A stretch of DNA of 64,000 bases, from contig RFGR01000014.1 of the NCBI GenBank assembly GCA_003696625.1, positions 15,730 to 79,729 of the forward strand. Direction: 5' to 3'. Shown in pieces: positions 20,537 to 28,420 of the stretch. Source of the DNA: Planctomycetota bacterium (GTDB lineage: Bacteria > Planctomycetota > UBA1135). The notes under the pieces are model-generated. The model ran no database searches. It was given only the letters and a program-made list of their open reading frames with translations, and was not told where the DNA came from. A program made the position numbers and the translations under genes. The number at the start of each line of letters is the position of its first letter. The stretch's first letter is position 1.

Positions 20537-21865
20537 CTAGCGCGGCGGGGCGGTTCGGGACCGCCGGCGCAGGAGCAGGAAGGCGCCGGCCAGGGCCGCC
20601 GCCTCGGCCGCCAGCCGGGCCCAGGCGGCGCCGGCCAGGCCGGCGGCCGGGATCAGGGAGATGCCGGCGGCGGCGGCCAGGACGAGCACCAGCAGGGCCA
20701 GGCCGAGGGCCTCGCGGGCGGCGCCGGCGGCGACCAGGCCGGTGGTGAGCAGGCTGCCCGGATAGACCAGGGCGGCGGCCACGGCCAGGATCTGGAGCGG
20801 CCCGGCGGCGGCGGCGAAGCCGGAGCCGAAGGCCAGGGCGACGAACATCGGCGCCAGGGGCCAGGCCAGCGCCGCCGCCGGCAGGGCGACGAGGGCGGCG
20901 CGGCCGGCCAGGCGGAAGCAGGCGCGGCGCAGCTCGGCCGGGCGACCGGCCCGCGCCGCCAGCGCCGGCATGGCGACGGTGCCGACGAAGGCCGGGAGCT
21001 GCAAGGCCAGCAGGAAGACCTTGCGCACCGGCGTGTAGACCCCGGCGGCCGCGGCGCCGAGGAAGGCACGCACGAGCAGGAGGTCGAGCCGGTTGTAGCC
21101 CTCGCGCGCCAGGGCGCCAGCGCCGAGCGCCAGGCACTCGCGGGCGAAGTCCGGGCCGGGGCCGGGGGCGGCGCCGGCGTCCCGGCGCCAGCGCCGCAGC
21201 GGCCGGCCGGCCAGCGCGGCCAGGGCCAGGCTGCCGGCGGCGCGGGCCAGATGGATCCCGGCCAGGAGCCAGAGCGGGTCGCGCACCCCGCCGGCCAGCG
21301 CGGCGGCCACCGCGCCGAGCCCAGCCAAGGCGGAGACCGCGCGCACCGCCGCCGGCGGCCCGAAGCGCAGGCGGAGCTGGAAGACGACCGTCCGCGGCGT
21401 GGCCAGGTGGGCGCCGAGGCAGGCGATGCACACCAGCAGCCCGGGGTGCCCGGCCGGCACCAGCGGATCGAAGGCTGCGAAGGCGGCGACCAGCGCGGCG
21501 GCAGCGGCGGCGGTGGCCAGCCGGAAGCGCACCGCCGCACCGAGGGCCGGCGCCAGCACCGCCGGTTGCGCTCCGGCCCGGCGCACCAGCGCGTTGCCGG
21601 AGCCGAAGTCCACGAGCACCTCGCTGAAGGCGAAGAGGGTCTCGTAGACCCCGAACACCCCGAGGGCCGCCCGTGGCAGCTCCCGCGCCAGCAGCACCAG
21701 GACGACGAAGGCCGCCGCCGCCTGGCCCGAGCGGCCGAGGACCTGCGCCGCGACCCCGGCGGCGTAGCGCCGGCCGGTGGCGGCGGGAACCCCGCCCGCC
21801 GCCTCAGGCGGAGGCGCCGGCGAGTTCGGCGTGGAGCCGGCCCCGGACCGCGGCGGTGAAGGCAT
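20537..21865 (-). CDS. polysaccharide flippase (Wzx / MOP-superfamily-like)
   Basis: 442-aa ORF, Ala/Leu/Gly-rich with ~12 predicted TM helices, in the glycan cluster. The only canonical start upstream of TM1 is ATG 21865, which overlaps the upstream gene by 62 nt. Confidence 0.75.
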   Translation of the reverse strand: MPSPPRSGAGSTPNSPAPPPEAAGGVPAATGRRYAAGVAAQVLGRSGQAAAAFVVLVLLARELPRAALGVFGVYETLFAFSEVLVDFGSGNALVRRAGAQPAVLAPALGAAVRFRLATAAAAAALVAAFAAFDPLVPAGHPGLLVCIACLGAHLATPRTVVFQLRLRFGPPAAVRAVSALAGLGAVAAALAGGVRDPLWLLAGIHLARAAGSLALAALAGRPLRRWRRDAGAAPGPGPDFARECLALGAGALAREGYNRLDLLLVRAFLGAAAAGVYTPVRKVFLLALQLPAFVGTVAMPALAARAGRPAELRRACFRLAGRAALVALPAAALAWPLAPMFVALAFGSGFAAAAGPLQILAVAAALVYPGSLLTTGLVAAGAAREALGLALLVLVLAAAAGISLIPAAGLAGAAWARLAAEAAALAGAFLLLRRRSRTAPPR

Positions 21866-22847
21866 CGGTGCCGAGCGTACCGCCGAGGTCGGCGGTGGTC
21901 TCGCCGGCCTCGATGGTGTGGCGCACGGCGGCGTCGAGCAGGCCGCCCAGGCCGCGGAAGCCGCAGTGGTTCAGCAGCATGGCGAAGGCCAGCAGGGCGG
22001 CGGTCGGGTTGCAGACGCCGCGGCCGGCGATGTCCGGCGCCGTGCCGCCGGCCGGGTCGAACATCGCCAGCTCGACCTCGCCGTGCTGGTCGAAGCTGTA
22101 GCTGGCGCTGGCGCCGAGACCGATCGAGCCGATCATGCCGCAGGCGGCGTCGGACAGGAAGTCGCCGTACTCGTTCGGGCAGACCACCACCCGGTAGTCC
22201 TCCGGCACCATGATCAGGCGGGCCAGCAGGGCGTCGAACAGCTCGGCCCGGTGGGGGACCTCGGGGTGACGCGTCGCGACCTCCTCGGCCACCTCCTCGA
22301 ACAGGCCGTCGGTGGCCTTCTGGATCGTGTACTTCGAGGTGCTGACGACGCCGCAGCCCAGGCGCTTGGCCAGGTGGAAGGCGAACTCGCTGGCGTGTCG
22401 GCTCGGCTCCCGCTCGATCACCCGCACCGAGACCGCCGCCTCGCTGCCGATCCGGCGGCCGGCGTCCTCGTAGGTGCCGCCGACGGCGATGCGGACGATG
22501 TGCAGGTCGACCTCGCCGTCGTGCCGCCGCGGCACGCCCGGGATCACCGCCACCGGCCGGTGGATGACCGAGAAGCGGAAGCGCTCGCGCAGGACCTTGT
22601 TCGGCGACTCGGCCTCGGTCACGGTCGGGTACTTGAGCGCCACCCGGTGGGCGCGGATGGCGGCCTCGGCCTCGGCGTAGGCCGCCTCGGCGCCGGCGCG
22701 GCGGCGCTCGAGGGTGAGGTCCACCGGGTGGAAGCGGACCTCGAGCGGCAGGGCCGCGGCGATCGCGTGAACGGAGCGGGAGAGCTCGGGGGAGATGCCG
22801 TCGCCGAGGAACTCGGCGACGTCCAGGACTTCGCGTTCGGTCATCAT
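21804..22847 (-). CDS. isocitrate/isopropylmalate dehydrogenase-family protein
   Basis: 347-aa ORF. ...VVCPNEYGDFLSDAACGMIGSIGLGASASY... (N-x-x-G-D-x-x-SD metal/NAD motif) and FDPAGGTAPDIAGRGVCNPTA. Confidence 0.85.
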   Translation of the reverse strand: MMTEREVLDVAEFLGDGISPELSRSVHAIAAALPLEVRFHPVDLTLERRRAGAEAAYAEAEAAIRAHRVALKYPTVTEAESPNKVLRERFRFSVIHRPVAVIPGVPRRHDGEVDLHIVRIAVGGTYEDAGRRIGSEAAVSVRVIEREPSRHASEFAFHLAKRLGCGVVSTSKYTIQKATDGLFEEVAEEVATRHPEVPHRAELFDALLARLIMVPEDYRVVVCPNEYGDFLSDAACGMIGSIGLGASASYSFDQHGEVELAMFDPAGGTAPDIAGRGVCNPTAALLAFAMLLNHCGFRGLGGLLDAAVRHTIEAGETTADLGGTLGTDAFTAAVRGRLHAELAGASA

Positions 22848-22892
22848 GGTGGTGGCGGGTCCCGGCGCCGGCAGGGGGGCCGGGAACCCCGC

Positions 22893-22898
22893 ATTCTA
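22893..22898 (-). promoter_or_regulatory. -10-like TAGAAT upstream of the dehydrogenase/flippase/GT unit
   Basis: attcta on + = TAGAAT on -. It lies 45 nt upstream of ATG 22847. Confidence 0.4.
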
Positions 22899-22933
22899 CC
22901 CGCCGGCGCCGCCCGCCGCCCGCCCCGCGCCGC

Positions 22934-23806
22934 CTAGAGCGGGTCGGCGTGCACCGTCGCCCGGCAGCGCGGCAGGGCCGCCTCGATCGCCAGGCCGACC
23001 TCCTCGCTCAGGTCGTGGGCGGCGATGAAGCTCAGGTCGCGATCCAGATCGAGGTGCAGCTCGAGGAAGGTCTCCGCGCCGCTGCGCCGGGCCCGCAGCT
23101 CGTGGAAACCGCGCACCTGCGGCGCGTACTCGGCCACCACCCGCAGGAGCGCCGCCTCCTGCTCGGGCTCGAGACCGCGGTCCATCAGGTTCTCGATCCC
23201 GGCCAGAAAGACCTCGCGGGCGCTGTTCAGGATCACCGCCGCGATGCCGAGGCCGACCACCAGGTCGGGCCAGGCCTCGCCGCCGAAGAGGGTGCTGGCG
23301 GCCAGACCGGCGATCACGCCCAGGTTCAGCAGCACGTCGGTGGCGTAGTGGGCGCTGTCGGCCTCGAGCGCCGGCGAGCCGGCCTCGCGGGCCGCGGCGC
23401 GCAGCCGCCGGACCCACCAGATCGTCACCGCGGTGCTGAGCAGCATCACCGCCATGCCGGCCCAGTGCCGCTCGACCACCGCGTCGCCGTGCAGCATGCG
23501 CCGCACCACCTGGAGCGCCAGGCCGGCGCCAGAGGTGAAGATCAGGAGCGACTGGAACAGCGCCGCCAGCCCCTCGGCCTTTCCGTGGCCCCAGGGGTGG
23601 TCGGCGTCGGCCGGCCGCTCGGCGTGCAGGACCGCCCAGAGGACGATCAGGGAGGCGAGCAGGTCGAGGCCCGAGTCCAGCGTCGAGCCGAGCACGCCGG
23701 AGGAGCCGGTGGCGAGCCAGGTGACCAGCTTCACCAGCAGCAGCCCGGTGGCGACCTTGACGGTGCCCGTGGCGGTGACGGACTTCAGGGTGTCGGGGTC
23801 GCTCAT
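22934..23806 (-). CDS. cation diffusion facilitator (CDF) family metal efflux transporter
   Basis: C-terminal 290 aa of track ORF 22934..25357. Start MSDPDTLK (ATG 23806). LDSGLDLLASL..., HPWGHGKAEGLAALFQS, SAHYATDVLLNLGVI are CDF signatures. Confidence 0.85.
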   Translation of the reverse strand: MSDPDTLKSVTATGTVKVATGLLLVKLVTWLATGSSGVLGSTLDSGLDLLASLIVLWAVLHAERPADADHPWGHGKAEGLAALFQSLLIFTSGAGLALQVVRRMLHGDAVVERHWAGMAVMLLSTAVTIWWVRRLRAAAREAGSPALEADSAHYATDVLLNLGVIAGLAASTLFGGEAWPDLVVGLGIAAVILNSAREVFLAGIENLMDRGLEPEQEAALLRVVAEYAPQVRGFHELRARRSGAETFLELHLDLDRDLSFIAAHDLSEEVGLAIEAALPRCRATVHADPL

Positions 23807-23845
23807 CGCGGGCTGAAAGGAAACCGGTATCGGCGGCGTCCATAT

Positions 23846-23851
23846 TAGGCT
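23846..23851 (+). promoter_or_regulatory. -10-like TAGGCT, 6 nt upstream of ATG 23858
   Basis: catatTAGGCTgtcgcgATG. No SD sequence. Confidence 0.45.
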
Positions 23852-23857
23852 GTCGCG

Positions 23858-25447
23858 ATGGCCGAGCCCCGTTCCGTTTCCGCCCGGTGGTTGCCGGCGG
23901 CGGCCGCCGTGCTGCTGGCGGTGGTCGGCTGGGTGCTGCTCGGCCCGAAGGCGGCGCCGCCGTCGCCGCCGCCGGCGCCCGCTCCGACCGTCGCCGAGGC
24001 CGAACCGGATCTGGCGGCGGCCGGAGCCGCTGAGCTGCGGCCGCTTCCGGGCGAGGGGCCGATCGTGGTCGAGCTTCGTTCCCTCGGCGCCGACGACCAG
24101 GCCGACCGCCTGGTTCGGATCGACGGCGAACTGCGCGGCCGCGTCCTGGGCGAGGGTGGCGAGCCGCGGCCGCACGCCCTGCTCCGGGTCCGCGGCGGGC
24201 CGCAGGACGGCCTCGAAGCCGAGGCCGACGCGGAAGGCGCCTTCCGGCTGATCGGCCTCCTGCCCGGCACGCACCTGATCGAGATCCGCGCCGGCGGCTT
24301 CACCGCCGTCCGCCAGCAGCGGGTGCTCGCCCACGGGCCGACCCGGCGCGAGTTCATCGTCGGCCGGGCGATCCCGCTGGCCCTCGAGGTGCACGGCCAC
24401 GACGGCGAGCCGTTGGCCGGCGCCCGGGTGGATCTCGGCGCCGGCGGCGAGGTGCTGGAGACCGGCGAGGACGGGTTGGTTCTGTTTCCGGCCGTGCCGC
24501 GCGGGCCGCGCGTGGTGGTGGCGGTGAGCGCGCCGGAGCACGTGCCGCTGCGTCAGGAGCTGAACCTGATGCCGCGCAACCCGGGCGGCGCGCCGGTCCG
24601 GATCGACCTGCCGCGCGGCGGCCGGATCCGCGGTCGGGTCAAATCCTGGCCGGGGCCGCCGCTGCCGGTCGTCACCATCGTGCCGCGCGAGGACCGCCCC
24701 GGTTCGTGGTCGGTGGCTTGGGACACCTGGCATCAACTCCCGATCGATCCGGACGGCTGGTTCGAGCTGAAGGGGGTGCCGCCGACTCGGGTGGTGGACG
24801 TCCGCGTCTTCCACCCCGGCGGCGTGGCCGAGCCGGAGATGCGTTCGGTTCGGGCCGGGGTCGAGACGCCGACCACGGTGGTCTTCAACATCATCCGGCG
24901 CGACACCCGGATCTCCGGCCGGGTGGTCGATCCGGACGGTCGGCCGGTGCCCGGCGCCAGGGTGGTGCTCGAGGCGGCCGACCCGGCGGCGGTGCTCGGC
25001 CGCCTCTACCCCGGTCTCGCCCAGGGGCCGGTGGCGGCGGTGCTGCCGACCCCGGCGGCGCTGCGGCGCGAGGTCCGAGCCGACGGCGCCGGCCGCTTCG
25101 ACTTCGACTACGGCGACCACCCGCCGGGCAGCGGTCACCTGCTGCTCCGGGCGAGCAAGGAAGGCTACGCCGCCGCCAGCAGTCTGGTCCGCAACGCCCG
25201 CAGCAACTTCTCGCTGGTGCTGCGGCCGGTGCCGCGCGACGCCGAGATCGTGTTGCGCCTGCCGCCCGGAGCCGCGGCGCCGCCGGTCGAGTGGTGGCTG
25301 GACGGCCGTCGGCTCGACCGGGACGGCCCCCGGCTCGGTCCGGTCGATCGCGGCCACTACGAAGTCCGGGTCCTGCGCGGCGACGAGGAGCTGCTGCCGC
25401 GGCAGGTGCTCAGCGCCGAGCCGCGGCTGGAGCTGGAACTCGGCTGA
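23858..25447 (+). CDS. membrane-anchored protein with repeated carboxypeptidase-regulatory-like (prealbumin-like) beta-sandwich domains
   Basis: 529-aa ORF. N-terminal TM WLPAAAAVLLAVVGWVLLG and a Pro-rich linker. Then repeats of the type G-R-V-x-D/G-x-G-x-P-x-x-G-A-x-V (LRGRVLGEGGEPRPHALLRV, VHGHDGEPLAGARVDL, ISGRVVDPDGRPVPGARVVLE). Confidence 0.7.
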   Translation: MAEPRSVSARWLPAAAAVLLAVVGWVLLGPKAAPPSPPPAPAPTVAEAEPDLAAAGAAELRPLPGEGPIVVELRSLGADDQADRLVRIDGELRGRVLGEGGEPRPHALLRVRGGPQDGLEAEADAEGAFRLIGLLPGTHLIEIRAGGFTAVRQQRVLAHGPTRREFIVGRAIPLALEVHGHDGEPLAGARVDLGAGGEVLETGEDGLVLFPAVPRGPRVVVAVSAPEHVPLRQELNLMPRNPGGAPVRIDLPRGGRIRGRVKSWPGPPLPVVTIVPREDRPGSWSVAWDTWHQLPIDPDGWFELKGVPPTRVVDVRVFHPGGVAEPEMRSVRAGVETPTTVVFNIIRRDTRISGRVVDPDGRPVPGARVVLEAADPAAVLGRLYPGLAQGPVAAVLPTPAALRREVRADGAGRFDFDYGDHPPGSGHLLLRASKEGYAAASSLVRNARSNFSLVLRPVPRDAEIVLRLPPGAAAPPVEWWLDGRRLDRDGPRLGPVDRGHYEVRVLRGDEELLPRQVLSAEPRLELELG

Positions 25448-25466
25448 GGGCGGGGGCGGCCCGGGC

Positions 25467-25472
25467 TAGAAT
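25467..25472 (+). promoter_or_regulatory. -10-like TAGAAT, 8 nt upstream of hutH ATG
   Basis: gggCTAGAATCcgccggcATG. No SD sequence. Confidence 0.5.
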
Positions 25473-25480
25473 CCGCCGGC

Positions 25481-27022
25481 ATGCGGACCGTCTCCCTCGG
25501 CGAGCGGCTGGACCGCGACACCCTTCTCGCCGCCGCCCGCGGCGAGCGCCTGAAGCTGCGATTCGGCGCCGAGGCCCTGGAGCGGGTCCGGCGGGCGAGG
25601 GCGCTGGTGGACCGGATCGTCGCCGGCGAGCAGGCGGTCTACGGCGTCAACACCGGTTTCGGCGCGCTGGCCCGGGAGCGGATCCCGGCCGCCGAGGTCG
25701 GCACCCTTCAGCGCAATCTGCTCCTGTCGCACGCGGTCGGCGTCGGCCCCGATCTGTCCGCGGTCGAGAAGCGGCTCGCCCTGCTGCTGCGGATCCACTC
25801 GATCTGCCGCGGCGCCAGCGGCGTGCGCCCGGAGGTCGTGCGCTGGCTGATCCGGCTCTTCGACAGCGGTTGGCTGCCGCGGATGCCGGAGCAGGGCAGC
25901 GTCGGCGCCAGCGGCGACCTGGCGCCGCTGGCCCATCTCGCCCTGCCGCTGATCGGGGCCGGCGAGCTGGTCTCGCCGGAGGGCCGGGTGGTGCCGGCGC
26001 GGCGGGCGCTGGCGCGGATCGGGCTCGAGCCGCTCGAGTTGGCGGCCAAGGAGGGGCTGGCCCTGATCAACGGGGTGCAGGTCTCGAACGCCGTCGGTTT
26101 GGCCGCCTGGGCCCGGCTGTGCAACCTGTCCGCCACCGCCGACGTCGCCGCGGCGCTGAGCGTCGAGGCGCTGATGGGCAGCCACCGGCCCTTCGACCCG
26201 AGGGTCGTCCGGCTGCGGCCGCACCGGGGCGCCCGCGCCGCCGCGGCCAACCTGCGCCGGCTGCTGCGCGGCTCGCAGGTCGTGAAGAGTCACGCCGGCT
26301 GCGGCCGGGTGCAGGATCCCTACTCCTTCCGGTGCACGCCGCAGGTGCACGGGGCGGCCAGGGACGCCCTGCACTACCTGGAACGGGCGCTGCTGCTGGA
26401 GGCCGACAGCGCCACCGACAATCCGCTGGTCTTTTCCGACCGCGGCGACACGATCAGCGCCGGCAACTTCCACGGTCAGCCGATCGCCCTGCCGCTCGAC
26501 CACGGCGCCCTGGCGGTGACGAGCTGGGCCAACATCTCGGAGCGGCGGATCAGCACCCTGCTCCACCCGGCGATGAACAACATGCTGCCGGCCTTTCTCA
26601 CGCCCGAGCCGGGGCTGAACTCGGGGCTGATGATTCCGCAGGTGGCCGCCGCCGCCCTGGCCAGCGAGTGCAAGGTCCTGGCCCATCCGGCCAGCGCCGA
26701 CACGATTCCGACCAGCGCCGACCAGGAGGACCACGTGTCGATGGCCAATCACGCCGCACGCAAGCTGCGGCAGGCGGTCGGCAACGCCGAGCGGATCCTG
26801 GCCATCGAACTCTACACCGCCGCCCAGGGGCGCGAGTTCCACCGCGAGCTGCGCGCCGGCGCCGGAGCCCAGGCCGCCTACGAGCTGCTGCGCAAGCACC
26901 TGCCGCCGCTGCGGGGCGACCGCTACCTCGGTCCGGAGCTGGACAAGGTGCACGAGCTGGTGGCCGCCGGCGCCGTCCGCCGCGCCGCCGAGGAGGCCAT
27001 CGGCCGGCCGCTGGCGCCGTGA
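25481..27022 (+). CDS. hutH: histidine ammonia-lyase
   Basis: 513-aa ORF. YGVNTGFG, LQRNLLLSHAVG (the Ser-His pair typical of HAL rather than PAL/TAL), and the MIO-forming GSVGASGDLAPLAH. Confidence 0.95.
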   Translation: MRTVSLGERLDRDTLLAAARGERLKLRFGAEALERVRRARALVDRIVAGEQAVYGVNTGFGALARERIPAAEVGTLQRNLLLSHAVGVGPDLSAVEKRLALLLRIHSICRGASGVRPEVVRWLIRLFDSGWLPRMPEQGSVGASGDLAPLAHLALPLIGAGELVSPEGRVVPARRALARIGLEPLELAAKEGLALINGVQVSNAVGLAAWARLCNLSATADVAAALSVEALMGSHRPFDPRVVRLRPHRGARAAAANLRRLLRGSQVVKSHAGCGRVQDPYSFRCTPQVHGAARDALHYLERALLLEADSATDNPLVFSDRGDTISAGNFHGQPIALPLDHGALAVTSWANISERRISTLLHPAMNNMLPAFLTPEPGLNSGLMIPQVAAAALASECKVLAHPASADTIPTSADQEDHVSMANHAARKLRQAVGNAERILAIELYTAAQGREFHRELRAGAGAQAAYELLRKHLPPLRGDRYLGPELDKVHELVAAGAVRRAAEEAIGRPLAP

Positions 27023-28416
27023 TCCTCGCCCTCCTGCTCTTCGCCGGCGCGCCCGGACCGGCCGTCCAGGAGCCCGCCGCCGAGGAGCCGACGCCGGCGG
27101 CGGCGATGCTGGCGGCGGCCGAGGAGCTGGCGGCCCAGGGCAAGTATCGGGCGGCCTGGAACAAGTACCGAAACCTGATCCGGCGTTATCGCAACTCGCC
27201 GGAGGCGGCGATCGCCGCTCGGCGCGCCGGCGGCGCCAACGGCTTCCTGGGCTGGGCCGATCTGCGCCGCAGCGGCCCTTCCGCCAATCGGGTGGACGTG
27301 GTCGTGATGGGCGACGGCTACACCCTGGACAAGCAGGACTCGCTCGACCGCTACGCCCGCTACGTGCCCGACATCTTCGCCCGGCACGAGGTCTTCGGCG
27401 AGTACATCGGCTACTTCAACTTCCTGCGGGCCAACGTCTTCAGCGCCGAGAGCGGCATCGACGGCTACGGCCGCGACTTCGACACCGCCCTCGGCGCCGC
27501 CAACGTCAACCGGCGCAGCGGCGGCCACGTCTCGGTCGATCGCGCCAAGGTGATGGCCGTGCTCGACGAACTGCCGGAGCACGACCACTTGGCGATCGTC
27601 TTCGTGCGCGGCACCGCCCCCGGCACCGGCGGCGGCGGCGTCGCGACCATTCCCGGGCGGCCGGAGGGGGACATGCTGATCCACGAGTGGGGCCACGCCT
27701 TCGCCGGCCTGGCCGACGAGTACTCGGACGACGTCGGCTACACCGGCGATCCCGGCACCAGCGTCAACGTCAGCAACGACCCCTCGCCGGAGCGGGTCCC
27801 GTGGCGCCACTGGCTGGAGGCCGGGGTCAAGGGCGTGGGCGTGTACCTCGGCGCCGCCGGTCGGGCCAGGGGGGCGTGGAAGCCGACCGTGCGCGGCTGC
27901 GCGATGCAGAACGGCCGTTCTTTCTGCGTCGTCTGCCGGGAGGCGCTGGTTCTGCGCATCTACTCGCTGGTCGATCCGATCGACGACTGCTCACCGCCGG
28001 CCCAGCCGCTGGTGCTGCCGGCCGGCGCGCAGCCGTTGACCGCCTCGGCGCCGCTCGAGTTCCGGCTGACCGTGCTGGAACCCGAGAGCCATCGCCTCCA
28101 GGTGGCTTGGTGGGTGCTCCCGCCGGAGGAGGCCCCGCCGCCGCCGCGGCCGCTCGGGGGCACCTTCGCCGCCGGCGACCGGCGCCGACGCGGTCCGCTG
28201 GCGCCGATTCCGGCCGAGCCGGCGGCGCGCACCCGGCCCGGCCGAGGCGGCGTCCATCGCTTCCGGCTTGATCCGGATCGGCCTCCCGGCCTCTACCGGG
28301 TGGTGGCCCGGGCCTGGGACGACACCCGGCTGCCGGGCGAGCGCCATCCCTGGGTGCTGAAAGACGAGTACGGCCTGCTCGAGTCCGAACGGGCCTGGTG
28401 GGTGCGGATCGACTGA
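27019..28416 (+). CDS. secreted M64-like zinc metallopeptidase
   Basis: C-terminal 465 aa of track ORF 24706..28416. GTG 27019 overlaps the hutH TGA (GTGA). Signal peptide (M)ILALLLFAGAPGPAVQ. VDVVVMGDGYT and HEWGHAFAGLADEY motifs. Confidence 0.8.
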   Translation: MILALLLFAGAPGPAVQEPAAEEPTPAAAMLAAAEELAAQGKYRAAWNKYRNLIRRYRNSPEAAIAARRAGGANGFLGWADLRRSGPSANRVDVVVMGDGYTLDKQDSLDRYARYVPDIFARHEVFGEYIGYFNFLRANVFSAESGIDGYGRDFDTALGAANVNRRSGGHVSVDRAKVMAVLDELPEHDHLAIVFVRGTAPGTGGGGVATIPGRPEGDMLIHEWGHAFAGLADEYSDDVGYTGDPGTSVNVSNDPSPERVPWRHWLEAGVKGVGVYLGAAGRARGAWKPTVRGCAMQNGRSFCVVCREALVLRIYSLVDPIDDCSPPAQPLVLPAGAQPLTASAPLEFRLTVLEPESHRLQVAWWVLPPEEAPPPPRPLGGTFAAGDRRRRGPLAPIPAEPAARTRPGRGGVHRFRLDPDRPPGLYRVVARAWDDTRLPGERHPWVLKDEYGLLESERAWWVRID

Positions 28417-28420
28417 GGCG

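Noticed and set aside
25481-27022. The MIO enzyme as a phenylalanine/tyrosine ammonia-lyase or aminomutase, which would hint at a natural-product pathway.
   Set aside because: The selectivity position reads Ser-His (LLLSHAVG), as in histidine ammonia-lyases, and a hutU gene is present in the window.
24706-28416. Very long ORFs rich in Arg/Pro/Gly/Ala. Examples: 24706..28416 (1236 aa), 61584..63911, 44020..46443, 37337..39652, 56101..58200, 11127..13655, 33206..35338. Also the N-terminal extensions of 17158..19887, 14637..17024, 22934..25357 and 4537..6363.
   Set aside because: These are antisense or out-of-frame shadows, typical of very GC-rich DNA. They are low-complexity RPGA sequence with no motifs. 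They overlap genes that have clear family signatures and GC3-biased frames. Only the C-terminal segments with recognisable proteins were kept.
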